Shown here: piece after piece, positions 39,207 through 48,789 of the stretch
How positions within the stretch are numbered: the first letter of the stretch is position 1
Layout: every line of letters begins with the position of its first letter
DNA from: Nitrospirota bacterium
Lineage (GTDB): Bacteria; Nitrospirota; UBA9217
Assembly (NCBI GenBank): GCA_963790205.1
Contig: CAWBNQ010000011.1
Span: 1-64,000, forward strand
DNA length: 64,000 nucleotides
Reading direction: 5' to 3'
The notes under the pieces: model-generated
The model's database searches: none
Told to the model about the DNA's origin: nothing
Seen by the model: the letters and a program-made list of their open reading frames with translations, nothing else
Program-made: the position numbers and the translations under genes

Positions 39207-40253
39207 ATGGTCAGGTCATGGGAACACCGCCGGTCTGTCGGCGCAGGCGCCGCGCCGAATGACGGGCATCAGTACGCCCTATCGGAAGCAGCGAAGCTGC
39301 GGAGGGTCGTGAGACGCCTGTTCATACTTGCGGCGGCGGTGTTTTCCCTTTCGGCATGCAGCGGATCGCATCCGCGGGCGGGCGTGCCTGTCGGCGCGTC
39401 GGTCCCGCTGGTCACCTTCGTGTTCGACGACGGGAACGATACGGATTACCTGGTGGCCAGGGATATTTTTTCCGATCAGGGCGCGGTTGCCTGCTCGGCG
39501 ATCACCACCGACTGGATCAACAGGCCGGGGTATCTGTCCGCCGACCAGATCATCGGGCTTCGGGATGCGGGCTGGGAGATCATGAGTCATACGGCGACTC
39601 ATCCAAACTTGCGGTCGCTCACTTCCGCGCAAGTCGAGGACGAACTGTCACGGTCAAAGGCGGCGCTTGAAGGACTTGGGTTGACCGTCAAAAACCTGGT
39701 CTATCCCTACAATAAAAGCAATGTGAGCGTGCGGGAGATCGCCAGAAAATACTACCGGTCCGGCAGGGGCGGGAAAAATAAGTTCAACACCGCGGTCATC
39801 GATCCTTACGATCTCCGGTCCTTCTCCGATAAACCGGACCTCGTTGCCATGAAAGGCCACATTGACCGGGCTTATACGGACAAGAGCTGGCTGATCATTT
39901 ACCATCATGAAATCGACGCCAAGGTCACGATGATGCACAAAAAGGGAAGCTTCGTGAGGGGAGAACGGATACTATTCAACCCTTCAGGCGCTCTGGGGAG
40001 GCTCGTTCGAGACAGCTGGTTTTTATCCGCCGGTTCAATGCACTTCACCCCGCTCTCCGGGACGCCGCGGCCCGGTGACAGGATTACCGGACAAAAGAGC
40101 GGTGCGACGGCGCAGCTCAGTCGCGTGGTCTTCAACGAACGCGAAACGCTCGGAGAACTGGTCCGCTATATTCGTACTCAGTATCCGGGCATGAAGATCG
40201 TTACGATCGATCAGGGGCTCGATATCCTTGGGATGCCGTCGTTGAACAGGTGA
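39207..40253 (+). CDS. Polysaccharide deacetylase (NodB/CE4) family lipoprotein
   Basis: Lipobox FSLSAC; TFVFDDG, SHTATH, YPY, IIYHH; the true start may be about 35 codons downstream. Confidence 0.82.
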   Translation: MVRSWEHRRSVGAGAAPNDGHQYALSEAAKLRRVVRRLFILAAAVFSLSACSGSHPRAGVPVGASVPLVTFVFDDGNDTDYLVARDIFSDQGAVACSAITTDWINRPGYLSADQIIGLRDAGWEIMSHTATHPNLRSLTSAQVEDELSRSKAALEGLGLTVKNLVYPYNKSNVSVREIARKYYRSGRGGKNKFNTAVIDPYDLRSFSDKPDLVAMKGHIDRAYTDKSWLIIYHHEIDAKVTMMHKKGSFVRGERILFNPSGALGRLVRDSWFLSAGSMHFTPLSGTPRPGDRITGQKSGATAQLSRVVFNERETLGELVRYIRTQYPGMKIVTIDQGLDILGMPSLNR

Positions 40254-40338
40254 CGGCGTTATTGAGGATTACCCGTCGACGTAAAAAGAAGCAGGGGAAA
40301 AATGCCGTGCCGGGAAAAAACGAAAGCATGTCCGCACC

Positions 40339-41517
40339 ATGAATAATACTTCAATGCTGATAACCGGTTTAGGCGTCATATCCGCCGCAGGCAATGACCT
40401 AGCCGAAACCCTTCAGTCTTTCGAGCAGGGGAGACGGAGCGCGGGGCCGGTGACTCTTTTCTCCACGATCTTGAAAGCGCCTGTTTTTGAAGTGAAGCGC
40501 CCCCCCGTTGAATATTATCGGGAAGGCTGGCGAACCCTGAGCTTTGCCCTTGTTGCCGTTGACCAGGCGCTCAAGGATGCGCGGCTTGCCGATCTGTCGG
40601 GATTCCGGGTAGGGATCTGCATGGGGACGACGGTAGCCAGCCAGCTGAACGATTTGCAGTTCTATAAAACATACCGCGAGAACGGCGCGGCGCCGATGAC
40701 CTCGGTGGACCGCTTCCTGAAGGGCAATCTGGCGGAGCACATTGCGCGCAGGATCAACGCCCGGGGCCCGCAAATGAGCGTGGTGAACGCCTGCTCATCG
40801 GGAACCGATGCAGTGGGAATCGCGTTGTCGTGGCTTAAGAGCGGTCTGTGCGACATCGCCATCGCCGGCGGGTCCGATGAGCTGAATCACGTGCCTTACT
40901 GCGGCTTCAACTCCCTCGGCATCGTCAATCCGGGACTCTGCTCGCCCTTTGACCGGGACCGCAAGGGACTGAACCTCGGTGAAGGCGCCGGCGTGCTGGT
41001 CATCGAGACCCGGGACGCGGCGCGCAAACGGGGAATGTCTTCAGGTATTTTTCTTGCCGGTTATGGCTCTTCCAGTGACGCCTATCATCTGACAGCTCCC
41101 AGTCCCGAAGGGGTGGGGTTACGTGCCGCGTTGCATGCGGCCATGGCGGAGTCGGGCATCGAGCCCGGTTCGATCGGGTTTGTCAATGCCCACGGCACCG
41201 GAACTCATGACAACGACCTGGTGGAAGGCAGGGTCCTGGCGGATATCTTCGGACCTGACCTCGTCATGCTGTCCACCAAGGGGTTCACGGGACATACGCT
41301 GGGCGCTGCCGGCGGCATCGAGGCCGTATTCACGGCAGCGGGCCTCCGCGAAGGATGGATACCGGCCAGCGCGGGCTTCGAGAACAGGGACGAAGCCATC
41401 CCCCTTTCACCGGTGCGGGAAAAGACCGCGATCACGAAAGACTTTGCACTATCCACGTCGCTGGCCTTTGGGGGCACGAATGCCGCCATCGTGATCGGCC
41501 GGGAGGCGGACGCATGA
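40339..41517 (+). CDS. Beta-ketoacyl synthase KS3 (ApeO-like)
   Basis: NACSSG, NAHGTGT, KGFTGHTLGAAG, AFGG. Confidence 0.94.
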   Translation: MNNTSMLITGLGVISAAGNDLAETLQSFEQGRRSAGPVTLFSTILKAPVFEVKRPPVEYYREGWRTLSFALVAVDQALKDARLADLSGFRVGICMGTTVASQLNDLQFYKTYRENGAAPMTSVDRFLKGNLAEHIARRINARGPQMSVVNACSSGTDAVGIALSWLKSGLCDIAIAGGSDELNHVPYCGFNSLGIVNPGLCSPFDRDRKGLNLGEGAGVLVIETRDAARKRGMSSGIFLAGYGSSSDAYHLTAPSPEGVGLRAALHAAMAESGIEPGSIGFVNAHGTGTHDNDLVEGRVLADIFGPDLVMLSTKGFTGHTLGAAGGIEAVFTAAGLREGWIPASAGFENRDEAIPLSPVREKTAITKDFALSTSLAFGGTNAAIVIGREADA

Positions 41518-42581
41518 AGATCTCCGGGATCGGCGTGATCTGTTCGCAGGGCCTGGGCGTCGCCGCGTTCGAACAGGCCCTGAAAAGCGGATGGCAGAAA
41601 CCCGGGGAAACCGAGGCCCATTGGCTGGGGGGTGAAAAAGCCCCGGCATATCTCGTCAAATTCGATGCTTTGCCGGATAAGGCGCTGCTCAAAAAAATCC
41701 GGCGTGCCGATGCCTTAAGCAAGATGTCCGCGCTCGCGGCGTCCGATGCCCTGGTCAACAGCGGGATGGAGAACCTCGCCGCAAAAAAACTCGGCATCAT
41801 CGTGGCCACGGCCTTCGGACCCCACGTGACCACCTTCAATTTTCTGGACGACATCCTGGACCACGGCGATGCCGCTGTTTCGCCGACCACGTTTTCCAAC
41901 TCGGTGCATAATGCCGCGGCCTCCTATATCGCCATGTCGTTGAACATCAAGGGCCCGACGCTGACGATCACCCAGTTCAGGTTCTCGTTCCAGTCGGCGC
42001 TGCAGCTGGCGCAGGCCTGGCTTGACCAGGGACGGTGCGACTACGTACTTGCGGGGGCGGTGGACCAGTATGGCGATGTCCTGGGGTACGTCTCCGATCA
42101 TAAACTGACGACGGCGAAGGACGGCAAGATAAAACCTTTTACGTTCAACCCCACCTGCCAGGTCCCGGGCGAGGGCGCCGCTTTCTTTCTGCTAAGCAAC
42201 GAGAGCGAAGGGAATGTGTATTGCTCCGTCAGCGCGGTCCACACCGGCGATGACCCCGGACAGGGGAAACCCGTCGACATCACTATCATCGATGCCGACG
42301 GGATGCTGCCTGACGAGTCCGCCTATCTCGCAGCCCTGTCGAGCGACAGTCCAACTGCGGCCTATTCGCCGCTCTTCGGGAGCATGATGATCGGCAGCGC
42401 CTTCAACGCGGCCGCCGGAGCGCTGATGTTGAAACAGCAAACGCGGTATGCAACTCCGGTGCAGGACAATCCGCATGGTATTCGTCTTCTTACGGAATCA
42501 GGGAACGGTCCCGTGGAGACGATCCGCTGCCTGGGGTTCAACTGTTACGCTCAACGGTCGGTCCTGTATCTGCGAAGATAA
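41514..42581 (+). CDS. Chain-length-factor-like KS (ApeC-like)
   Basis: SPTTFSNSVHNAAAS; the Cys position reads QFRFSF; no His motifs; ATGA-coupled to KS3. Confidence 0.85.
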   Translation: MKISGIGVICSQGLGVAAFEQALKSGWQKPGETEAHWLGGEKAPAYLVKFDALPDKALLKKIRRADALSKMSALAASDALVNSGMENLAAKKLGIIVATAFGPHVTTFNFLDDILDHGDAAVSPTTFSNSVHNAAASYIAMSLNIKGPTLTITQFRFSFQSALQLAQAWLDQGRCDYVLAGAVDQYGDVLGYVSDHKLTTAKDGKIKPFTFNPTCQVPGEGAAFFLLSNESEGNVYCSVSAVHTGDDPGQGKPVDITIIDADGMLPDESAYLAALSSDSPTAAYSPLFGSMMIGSAFNAAAGALMLKQQTRYATPVQDNPHGIRLLTESGNGPVETIRCLGFNCYAQRSVLYLRR

Positions 42582-42668
42582 ACGATGGAACGGCATCAGT
42601 CGCTCTTCGCGACCGCGTTCGCCCGATCCCCGTTCGAACCTGTCTGATGCGGACCAGAAGGAAAACGG

Positions 42669-43895
42669 ATGCCAGGAACTAAAAAATATCTGCTGATGCC
42701 CGGCAACAACTCGCTGTCGCACGTGGTCAAATGCCTGGCAGTGGGAGATACGCTGACAACGCGGGGCCATGAGGTGCGCGTGGCCGTGAGCAGGAAACAC
42801 TCTCGGTTCCTCCAGAAACTTTCGATCGAGCACTTTGTCCTGCCTGATATTCAGGAAGTCGATGAGTCCGGATTTCCCTCGGTGGAATGGTTCAGGCAGC
42901 CCCGGCTCATCACCGACTGCATCAACGAAGAAGTACGCCTGCTCAGGTACTACCAGCCGGACCGCGTCCTCGGCGTATTCAGGTTCACGCTCAAATCCTC
43001 GGCCCGGATCGCCGGCGTGCCCTATGATTCCCTGGTCAGCGGGTGTCTGATACCCGATTCCCGGGAGGTCATGGGTTTTGCCGACGAAGAACCGGGCAGA
43101 GAGGTCCAGCGCGTCATTCTCGACGGCTTTTTCCGGTATGCAGGGGCGCGGCTCGACGCCGCGCTGCGCGCCCTCGGCCTGCCGCAGAGCAATGATGATA
43201 TCCGTCATATGTTAAAAGGCGAGCGCACTTTCCTCTGGGACTTTCCGGAGTTCGCGCCGCTGCCGCAGCGTTCGGACCTCATCCACGTGGGGCCGCTCTC
43301 CTGGAACCGCTGGCCTTACGACAGCGTGGACACCGGCCTCCTCGCCCGGGCGGACCGTCCGCTTGCGGTCATGGCCTTCGGCACCTGCACCATATGCCTG
43401 GCCGCGGTAAGGCGGATCATCACGGTCCTCCTTGGCATGGGGTACCGGGTACTGCTCGCGGCAGGCGGACAGCCCGAGCTTTTATCGGTTCTGCCCAACG
43501 ACCCCCGGGTCATCACCTGTGCTTTCGCACCGCTCCACAAGATTTTTCCCCACGCGGCCCTGCTGGTCACTCATGGAGGCCAGATGACGGTCTTCGAGGC
43601 CCTGCAGAACGGGGTTCCCGTGCTCGTCATGCCGTTCCAGCCCGAGCAGGCCCACAACGGCCTCTGCCTCGAACGTCTGGGCTGCGGCAAACGGCTGGTA
43701 TCGGCCGAACCGTTCCAGGGAAACTCCACGGTTTATATGAACGCCCTTGATCGCATGACCGACGACGAGGTCGGAGCCAGGATCAGCAGTCTGGTGCTTC
43801 ATCCGCATATCAAGAGCCGTCTTTCCGAAACGCGGGACATCATCAGGCGCTATGGCGGCGTGGAAGCGCTTGCCGATTCGCTCGAGGATTTTTAG
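42669..43895 (+). CDS. GT-B glycosyltransferase (GT1/GT28, MGT-like)
   Basis: SLSHVVK, RGHEV, HVGPL, VTHGGQMTVFEALQNGVPVLVMPFQPEQAHN. Confidence 0.88.
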   Translation: MPGTKKYLLMPGNNSLSHVVKCLAVGDTLTTRGHEVRVAVSRKHSRFLQKLSIEHFVLPDIQEVDESGFPSVEWFRQPRLITDCINEEVRLLRYYQPDRVLGVFRFTLKSSARIAGVPYDSLVSGCLIPDSREVMGFADEEPGREVQRVILDGFFRYAGARLDAALRALGLPQSNDDIRHMLKGERTFLWDFPEFAPLPQRSDLIHVGPLSWNRWPYDSVDTGLLARADRPLAVMAFGTCTICLAAVRRIITVLLGMGYRVLLAAGGQPELLSVLPNDPRVITCAFAPLHKIFPHAALLVTHGGQMTVFEALQNGVPVLVMPFQPEQAHNGLCLERLGCGKRLVSAEPFQGNSTVYMNALDRMTDDEVGARISSLVLHPHIKSRLSETRDIIRRYGGVEALADSLEDF

Positions 43896-43896
43896 C

Positions 43897-45666
43897 ATGA
43901 CTGCCGGCATTGTTCTGGTGCACGGCTTTTTAGGAGCGCCTGACACTCTTTTCCCGCTGGCCGGAAAACTGGCTGCGCAATACGGTCCGGACGCCGTCAC
44001 CAGCATCTGTCTTCCCGGTCATGGACAGGGCGCTGACCGTGTCCCCCCCTTTGACGCGGCCGCGTTCATTCGGACGGTTGCAGCGGCAATCAAGGCCTGC
44101 GGTCGGGACGGACGGAGCGTGATCGTTCTGGGGCATTCCACGGGCGGGGCCATCGTCCTGGCTGCGCTGGAACAGCTCCACTGTCATCCTGCTTTGCTCA
44201 TTCTTGCGTCGGTGCCGAAGCGGATCGATGCATCCTCGCTCGAACGATGGGGAAGGCACCGGGCGGGAAAGAGAGAGATCCCCTTTATCTCATTGGCGAA
44301 CATGGTCTCGCTGATCAAGGCTGCGGGGTCGAAGCCACGACGCGGATCTTTTCCGGTCCTCCTGATGCAGGGTGCGGAGGACGAACTGGTCCCGCCTCGG
44401 GATGTTCTGCTCTGGGAGCAAGGCGGCTTCGAAGGGCCGCTGCGCACGGTCGTTATCCCCGGGGCGGGGCACGATCTTTTCCAGGGTGCGCAGAGCTCTC
44501 TGGCCATCGACGTTGTTCTGCGCGCGGTCAGGGACCGGACAACTGCTCTTCTGCCGGCCGAAGAAGGAGCGCTCGAAGCCATAACAGCGATCGAGCCTGA
44601 GCTCGTACGGTTCCTGGCGCGCTCGCCGTCAAGCCACCGCCACATCGTCCGCTGTCCGAGCGGCTATTCCGTCAGCGGTCATGCGCCGTCCCTCGCTCCT
44701 GCTGCCGACCTTGAGCCGGTCTTCGCCAATGTCGAAATAACCACCCGCTGCAACCTGCGCTGCACCTACTGCGCGCGAACGGTCTCGGGGATGAAGGGTG
44801 CCGACATGTCCCGGGAGGCGTTTGTCCGTATACTGGGTCTGCTGCCCCACGCTTACCGGATCGCTTTTGTCGGCCTGGGCGAAACGCTCCTGCATCCCCA
44901 CGTCGTAGAATTCGTTGCACTGGCTTCGGCACAGGGACGGAGAACCGCGCTGGTGACGAACGGCATGCTGCTGGACCGCGCTCTGTCCCGGGGGCTTCTG
45001 AACGCCGGGCTTGATTCCATAACCTTCAGCATCGATGGTGCCGATCAGAACATCGCTTCCGAGGTGCGGCCGGGAACGGACCTGGAGCGGGTGATCAATA
45101 ACATAAAAAGCTTCAAGGAATTATCTCAGGCTTCGAGACCTATCGCGACCTCGGTCTTCTCAGCAGTATCCACGAGGACCATTGGGCACCTTGAAGAGCT
45201 GATGGATGTGGTCGCCGGCCTCGGCGTTCACGTGGTGATGCTGACGGACCTCAATTTTAAAGAGAACGTAAAGGATACACTGTGGGACAACGCCGACGAC
45301 CGGATCGCCGGGCTGGTCAGGAACGGGGTGGCACGGGCCTTCAGGCGACAACTGCCCGTGCTGTCGGTGCGCGGATTGGAGGAATTCGGGCTCGCAAAGA
45401 GGTATGAAAAGTACCTGCTCCTGCCGCCTGACTCGCTCTATACCCGTTCCCGCGAGCGCGCCTGGTGCTGTTCGCCGTGGCAGACCGTGCCGATCAGCGT
45501 GACCGGAGACGTGACGCTCTGCGACTGCCAGCCCGGGGTCCTGCTGGGGAACCTGCTTGGCCAGCCGTTTGACGGGATCTGGAACGGAATGGTCATGCAG
45601 GGTCACCGGCAACGTATGCTCAGCCCTGACCCGCCCGAAGCCTGCAGGATCTGCCCGCGGTTCTGA
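43897..45666 (+). CDS. Alpha/beta hydrolase fused to a radical SAM domain with Twitch/SPASM cysteines
   Basis: VHGF, GHSTGG, EDELV, GAGHDL triad; then CNLRCTYC, GLGETLLHP, CCSPW..LCDC..CRIC. Confidence 0.88.
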   Translation: MTAGIVLVHGFLGAPDTLFPLAGKLAAQYGPDAVTSICLPGHGQGADRVPPFDAAAFIRTVAAAIKACGRDGRSVIVLGHSTGGAIVLAALEQLHCHPALLILASVPKRIDASSLERWGRHRAGKREIPFISLANMVSLIKAAGSKPRRGSFPVLLMQGAEDELVPPRDVLLWEQGGFEGPLRTVVIPGAGHDLFQGAQSSLAIDVVLRAVRDRTTALLPAEEGALEAITAIEPELVRFLARSPSSHRHIVRCPSGYSVSGHAPSLAPAADLEPVFANVEITTRCNLRCTYCARTVSGMKGADMSREAFVRILGLLPHAYRIAFVGLGETLLHPHVVEFVALASAQGRRTALVTNGMLLDRALSRGLLNAGLDSITFSIDGADQNIASEVRPGTDLERVINNIKSFKELSQASRPIATSVFSAVSTRTIGHLEELMDVVAGLGVHVVMLTDLNFKENVKDTLWDNADDRIAGLVRNGVARAFRRQLPVLSVRGLEEFGLAKRYEKYLLLPPDSLYTRSRERAWCCSPWQTVPISVTGDVTLCDCQPGVLLGNLLGQPFDGIWNGMVMQGHRQRMLSPDPPEACRICPRF

Positions 45667-45698
45667 CAACAGCTCGATGGTTTAAGCCCTGTTTTCTG

Positions 45699-45727
45699 TT
45701 GAATTAATGCAAACCATCAGATATAAT
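45699..45727 (+). promoter_or_regulatory. Internal sigma70-type promoter
   Basis: TTGAAT-17 bp-TATAAT, 100 bp upstream of ACP3. Confidence 0.7.
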
Positions 45728-45827
45728 TCAGTGCTTTAACCATGATCGAAGCACTCCGCAGCAGGTTTTCGGGGCCTTGCTGCTGCATTCAAAATTAAAT
45801 CATCATGCTCCCTGAGGTAGAGTAGAA

Positions 45828-46076
45828 ATGACGACGACGGTGCAGGAGATTGAACACAAATTGACCGAGCTTGTGGCTTCCCTTACGAACCGCGACTTGG
45901 CGACCATCGGTCCCGACATGCCGTTCCAGGAACTGGGCATCGATTCGCTCGGTTTTGTCGAGATCCTGGTGTTCATTGAAAAGACTTTCAAGCTTCAGCT
46001 GATAGCGTCCGACCTGACGAAAAAGGACTTCGAGACCATCCATACGCTGGCGTCGTTCATCAGCAGATCGCGATAG
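45828..46076 (+). CDS. Acyl/peptidyl carrier protein ACP3
   Basis: ELGIDSLGFVEIL, FETIHTLA. Confidence 0.93.
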   Translation: MTTTVQEIEHKLTELVASLTNRDLATIGPDMPFQELGIDSLGFVEILVFIEKTFKLQLIASDLTKKDFETIHTLASFISRSR

Positions 46077-46088
46077 CCGGGAACCACT

Positions 46089-47411
46089 ATGTTACTATCG
46101 AAACGCAAGCGGTATCTCTCGGGTCCTGACTGGGTGATCAATACACTCGATCACCTGATGAAGGCCCGGACCTGCGCCGGGAACATGTCGCAGATCGTGC
46201 TTCTCTTCGATGCTCCTGTTGATGAGCAGGAGGTCCGGACAAGTCTGAACAGGTTCCTCAAACAGTTCCCCGTGCTGGAAGGGAGCGTGACCCGGGACTT
46301 CAAGCTTACGCCCTACTGGGCCATTCCCGTAAAAAGCGGGCGTGATGTCGCGCTTGTTGTTCATCACGTGGACGACGCGTCGTCCTGGCAGGCGCTTAAG
46401 CCCTACCTGGAAAAGAGCGTCAACAAGCCGTTCCGGGACAAAAAGGACCATCTCGCGTTCCAGCTTTTTACCAGCCGGGACCGGGGCGCTCTTTCCATGA
46501 CCTTTGATCACCGCATCTTCGACGCGCGCGGCGCGGAGCTGTTGTTGAACCTCTTTCAGCAGCACCTGAACGGAGTCGATCCGGCGCCCGGGGACATTAC
46601 GTTCGCTTCGTCAATGGCCCTCACGCAATGGTCGAAAAAGTTCCTGGCAGGCAGGAACGTGAACCGCCGGATCATCGGGCTTTCGAAGTCAACGCCGGCA
46701 ACCCTGCCGATCCCCGACGGCCTCGGCAGGCGCCACCGGTATCATCGTCTGTCGTTCAGCGAACAGGAAACAGCTTCCCTGTATGGGCGCGCCCACCAGG
46801 AAGCAGGATACCTGATGGAATCGCCGTACCTGCTTGCCGTCATCATACAGAGCATGCACGAGCTGTTCAGGGTCCGGAACCTGGAAGGCAACAGCTACCT
46901 CATCCCCGTTACCCTGGACCTGCGCCCCAACAAGGACCCGCTGCAGGAGACGTTCTTTAACTACGTGTCCTACCTTTTTTATCAGGTCCCGGCGGGCGAG
47001 GTCGCCGATCGCAAGGGGCTCATTGCCCTGTTGAAGCAGCAGATGTACGACCAGGTGAAGTCGGGCTTTCCCAAGGACCTTGCGGAAGCAAGCCTGCTGA
47101 CCCGCATCGCGCCTCTGCCCGCGCTGGGGAAGCTGCTGCATCTTCCGATGAAAGGGAAGATGGCCACGTTCGCGTTCTCCCATCTCGGGAAGAGCTCGTA
47201 CCAGCACCCGCTGTTCATGAGCAGGAAGGTCATGGAACTTTTCCATATGCCGCGCGTTCCCGTGCCGCCGGGGCTCGGGTTCTTCAGCAATTATTACAAC
47301 AGCAGGCTCAGCCTGGTCATCTCCTATCTTGAGGGGCTGCTCTCGGATGAGGATGTGAAGGGCCTTGAAAAGGGGATTCGTGAACGGTTCGGCGCAGGGA
47401 GCGTCGCATGA
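46089..47411 (+). CDS. Stand-alone condensation-like / CAT-fold acyltransferase
   Basis: FPVLEG, TFDHRIFDARG (HxxxD), IPVTLDLR..FFNY; 440 aa two-lobe size. Confidence 0.72.
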   Translation: MLLSKRKRYLSGPDWVINTLDHLMKARTCAGNMSQIVLLFDAPVDEQEVRTSLNRFLKQFPVLEGSVTRDFKLTPYWAIPVKSGRDVALVVHHVDDASSWQALKPYLEKSVNKPFRDKKDHLAFQLFTSRDRGALSMTFDHRIFDARGAELLLNLFQQHLNGVDPAPGDITFASSMALTQWSKKFLAGRNVNRRIIGLSKSTPATLPIPDGLGRRHRYHRLSFSEQETASLYGRAHQEAGYLMESPYLLAVIIQSMHELFRVRNLEGNSYLIPVTLDLRPNKDPLQETFFNYVSYLFYQVPAGEVADRKGLIALLKQQMYDQVKSGFPKDLAEASLLTRIAPLPALGKLLHLPMKGKMATFAFSHLGKSSYQHPLFMSRKVMELFHMPRVPVPPGLGFFSNYYNSRLSLVISYLEGLLSDEDVKGLEKGIRERFGAGSVA

Positions 47412-48616
47412 GCACGCCCTGTGACGTGTTGGTGGTCGGCGCCGGCGTCGCGGGCGCAACAGCTGCCGTTGCAGCGGCGCGGGGCGGCGCCCGCACGATC
47501 CTCGTTGAAAAGGAACAGTACCTCGGCGGGACCGGCTTCGCAGGCAGGTTCCAGTATATCTGCGGACTTTACCTGAGTGCAGATGCGGTTCCGTCGGAAA
47601 CGCTGAATCCCGGCATCACCCGCGAGATCTCGGAACTTTTGTTCAAGGCCTTACCGGGAAAAGACATACGGAAGATCGGTCAGGTATACGGACAGCCTTA
47701 CCAATACGACGACCTGCAGTCCGTTCTCACGTCGCTCTGCTCCGGAGAGAGCAACCTTACAACGCTGCGGGGACACGCCGTAGTAGCGGTCGCGATGGAC
47801 AGAAGCGAGGTAACGACCGTTACGATAGAGGGTTTGCGCGGCAGGCAGGACATTCTGCCCAAGATGGTCGTTGATTGCTCGGGCAGCGGTGAAGCGGCCG
47901 CGCTTGCAGGCGCTTCGTTTGAGCTCACTCCGAAGGAAGAGCGGCAGCTGGCTGGATTTGCGGTCCATGTGAAAGGGCTTAAGCACGTGGATGAGAGCCT
48001 GTGCCTCAAGGTCCCTTATCATCTTGCCCAGGCGGTGAAACAGGGGAAATTCGCGCCCGCGACAAGATTTACGATTTTCAGTCCCGGCGATGTTGCTGAT
48101 GACGGGTATTGCAAGATGAGCATTCTCAGCGCCGACGAAACAACAGGGACAGAAAAAGCCCGAGCAGACGCCGATGCAGTGATCAGATATCTAGCCTCGG
48201 TCCTCCCTGCTTTTGAGGGCGCTTATATTGCCGATACGTCGCTCAAGGTGCTCGAACGCGAAGGCAGGCGGGTCACGGGGGAGTATACGCTTACGAAAGA
48301 AGACGTGCTCAGCGCCCGGAAGTTTCCCGACGGCGTGGTAAAGAACGCCTGGCCCATCGAGCTCTGGGACAGGGCAAAAGGCACGAGCTACCAGTACGTC
48401 CCGCGCGGGGAATATTACGAGATCCCGTTTCGGTGTCTTCTGGTCGGCGGGATAACGAACCTGCTGACCGCGGGCAGGTGCATCTCCGTCACCCATGAGG
48501 CGCTCGGCTCCACGCGGGTGATGGGCACGTGCATGGCCCTGGGCGAACAGGCTGGCAAGGCTGCAGCGTATCGGGTCAGAAGCGGGAACTATCCCGGGAA
48601 TATCAAAGACTACTAA
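47408..48616 (+). CDS. FAD-dependent oxidoreductase (PF12831-like)
   Basis: VVGAGVAG, VDCSGSG, REGRRVTGEYTLT, YEIPFRCL, NLLTAGRCIS, RVMGTCMALGEQAG. Confidence 0.88.
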   Translation: MSTPCDVLVVGAGVAGATAAVAAARGGARTILVEKEQYLGGTGFAGRFQYICGLYLSADAVPSETLNPGITREISELLFKALPGKDIRKIGQVYGQPYQYDDLQSVLTSLCSGESNLTTLRGHAVVAVAMDRSEVTTVTIEGLRGRQDILPKMVVDCSGSGEAAALAGASFELTPKEERQLAGFAVHVKGLKHVDESLCLKVPYHLAQAVKQGKFAPATRFTIFSPGDVADDGYCKMSILSADETTGTEKARADADAVIRYLASVLPAFEGAYIADTSLKVLEREGRRVTGEYTLTKEDVLSARKFPDGVVKNAWPIELWDRAKGTSYQYVPRGEYYEIPFRCLLVGGITNLLTAGRCISVTHEALGSTRVMGTCMALGEQAGKAAAYRVRSGNYPGNIKDY

Positions 48617-48631
48617 AAAAACGTTACCAAG

Positions 48632-48733
48632 GCAAATTGCAAATTTTAAATTGCAAAATGGGGAATAGCCTTATGCCATAGCATCTCTTTCCTCTATTTT
48701 GAATTTTGCACTTTATACTTTACAATTTGCAAT
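48632..48733. repeat. Inverted heptamer arrays (CAAATTG / CAATTTG)
   Basis: CAAATTG CAAATTT TAAATTG CAAAATG ... TATTTTG AATTTTG CACTTTA TACTTTA CAATTTG CAAT. Confidence 0.8.
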
Positions 48734-48789
48734 CGCACGATTCACGCTACAATGCCAAGTTTTTATGAAAAATAACACAGGAGGTCTTC

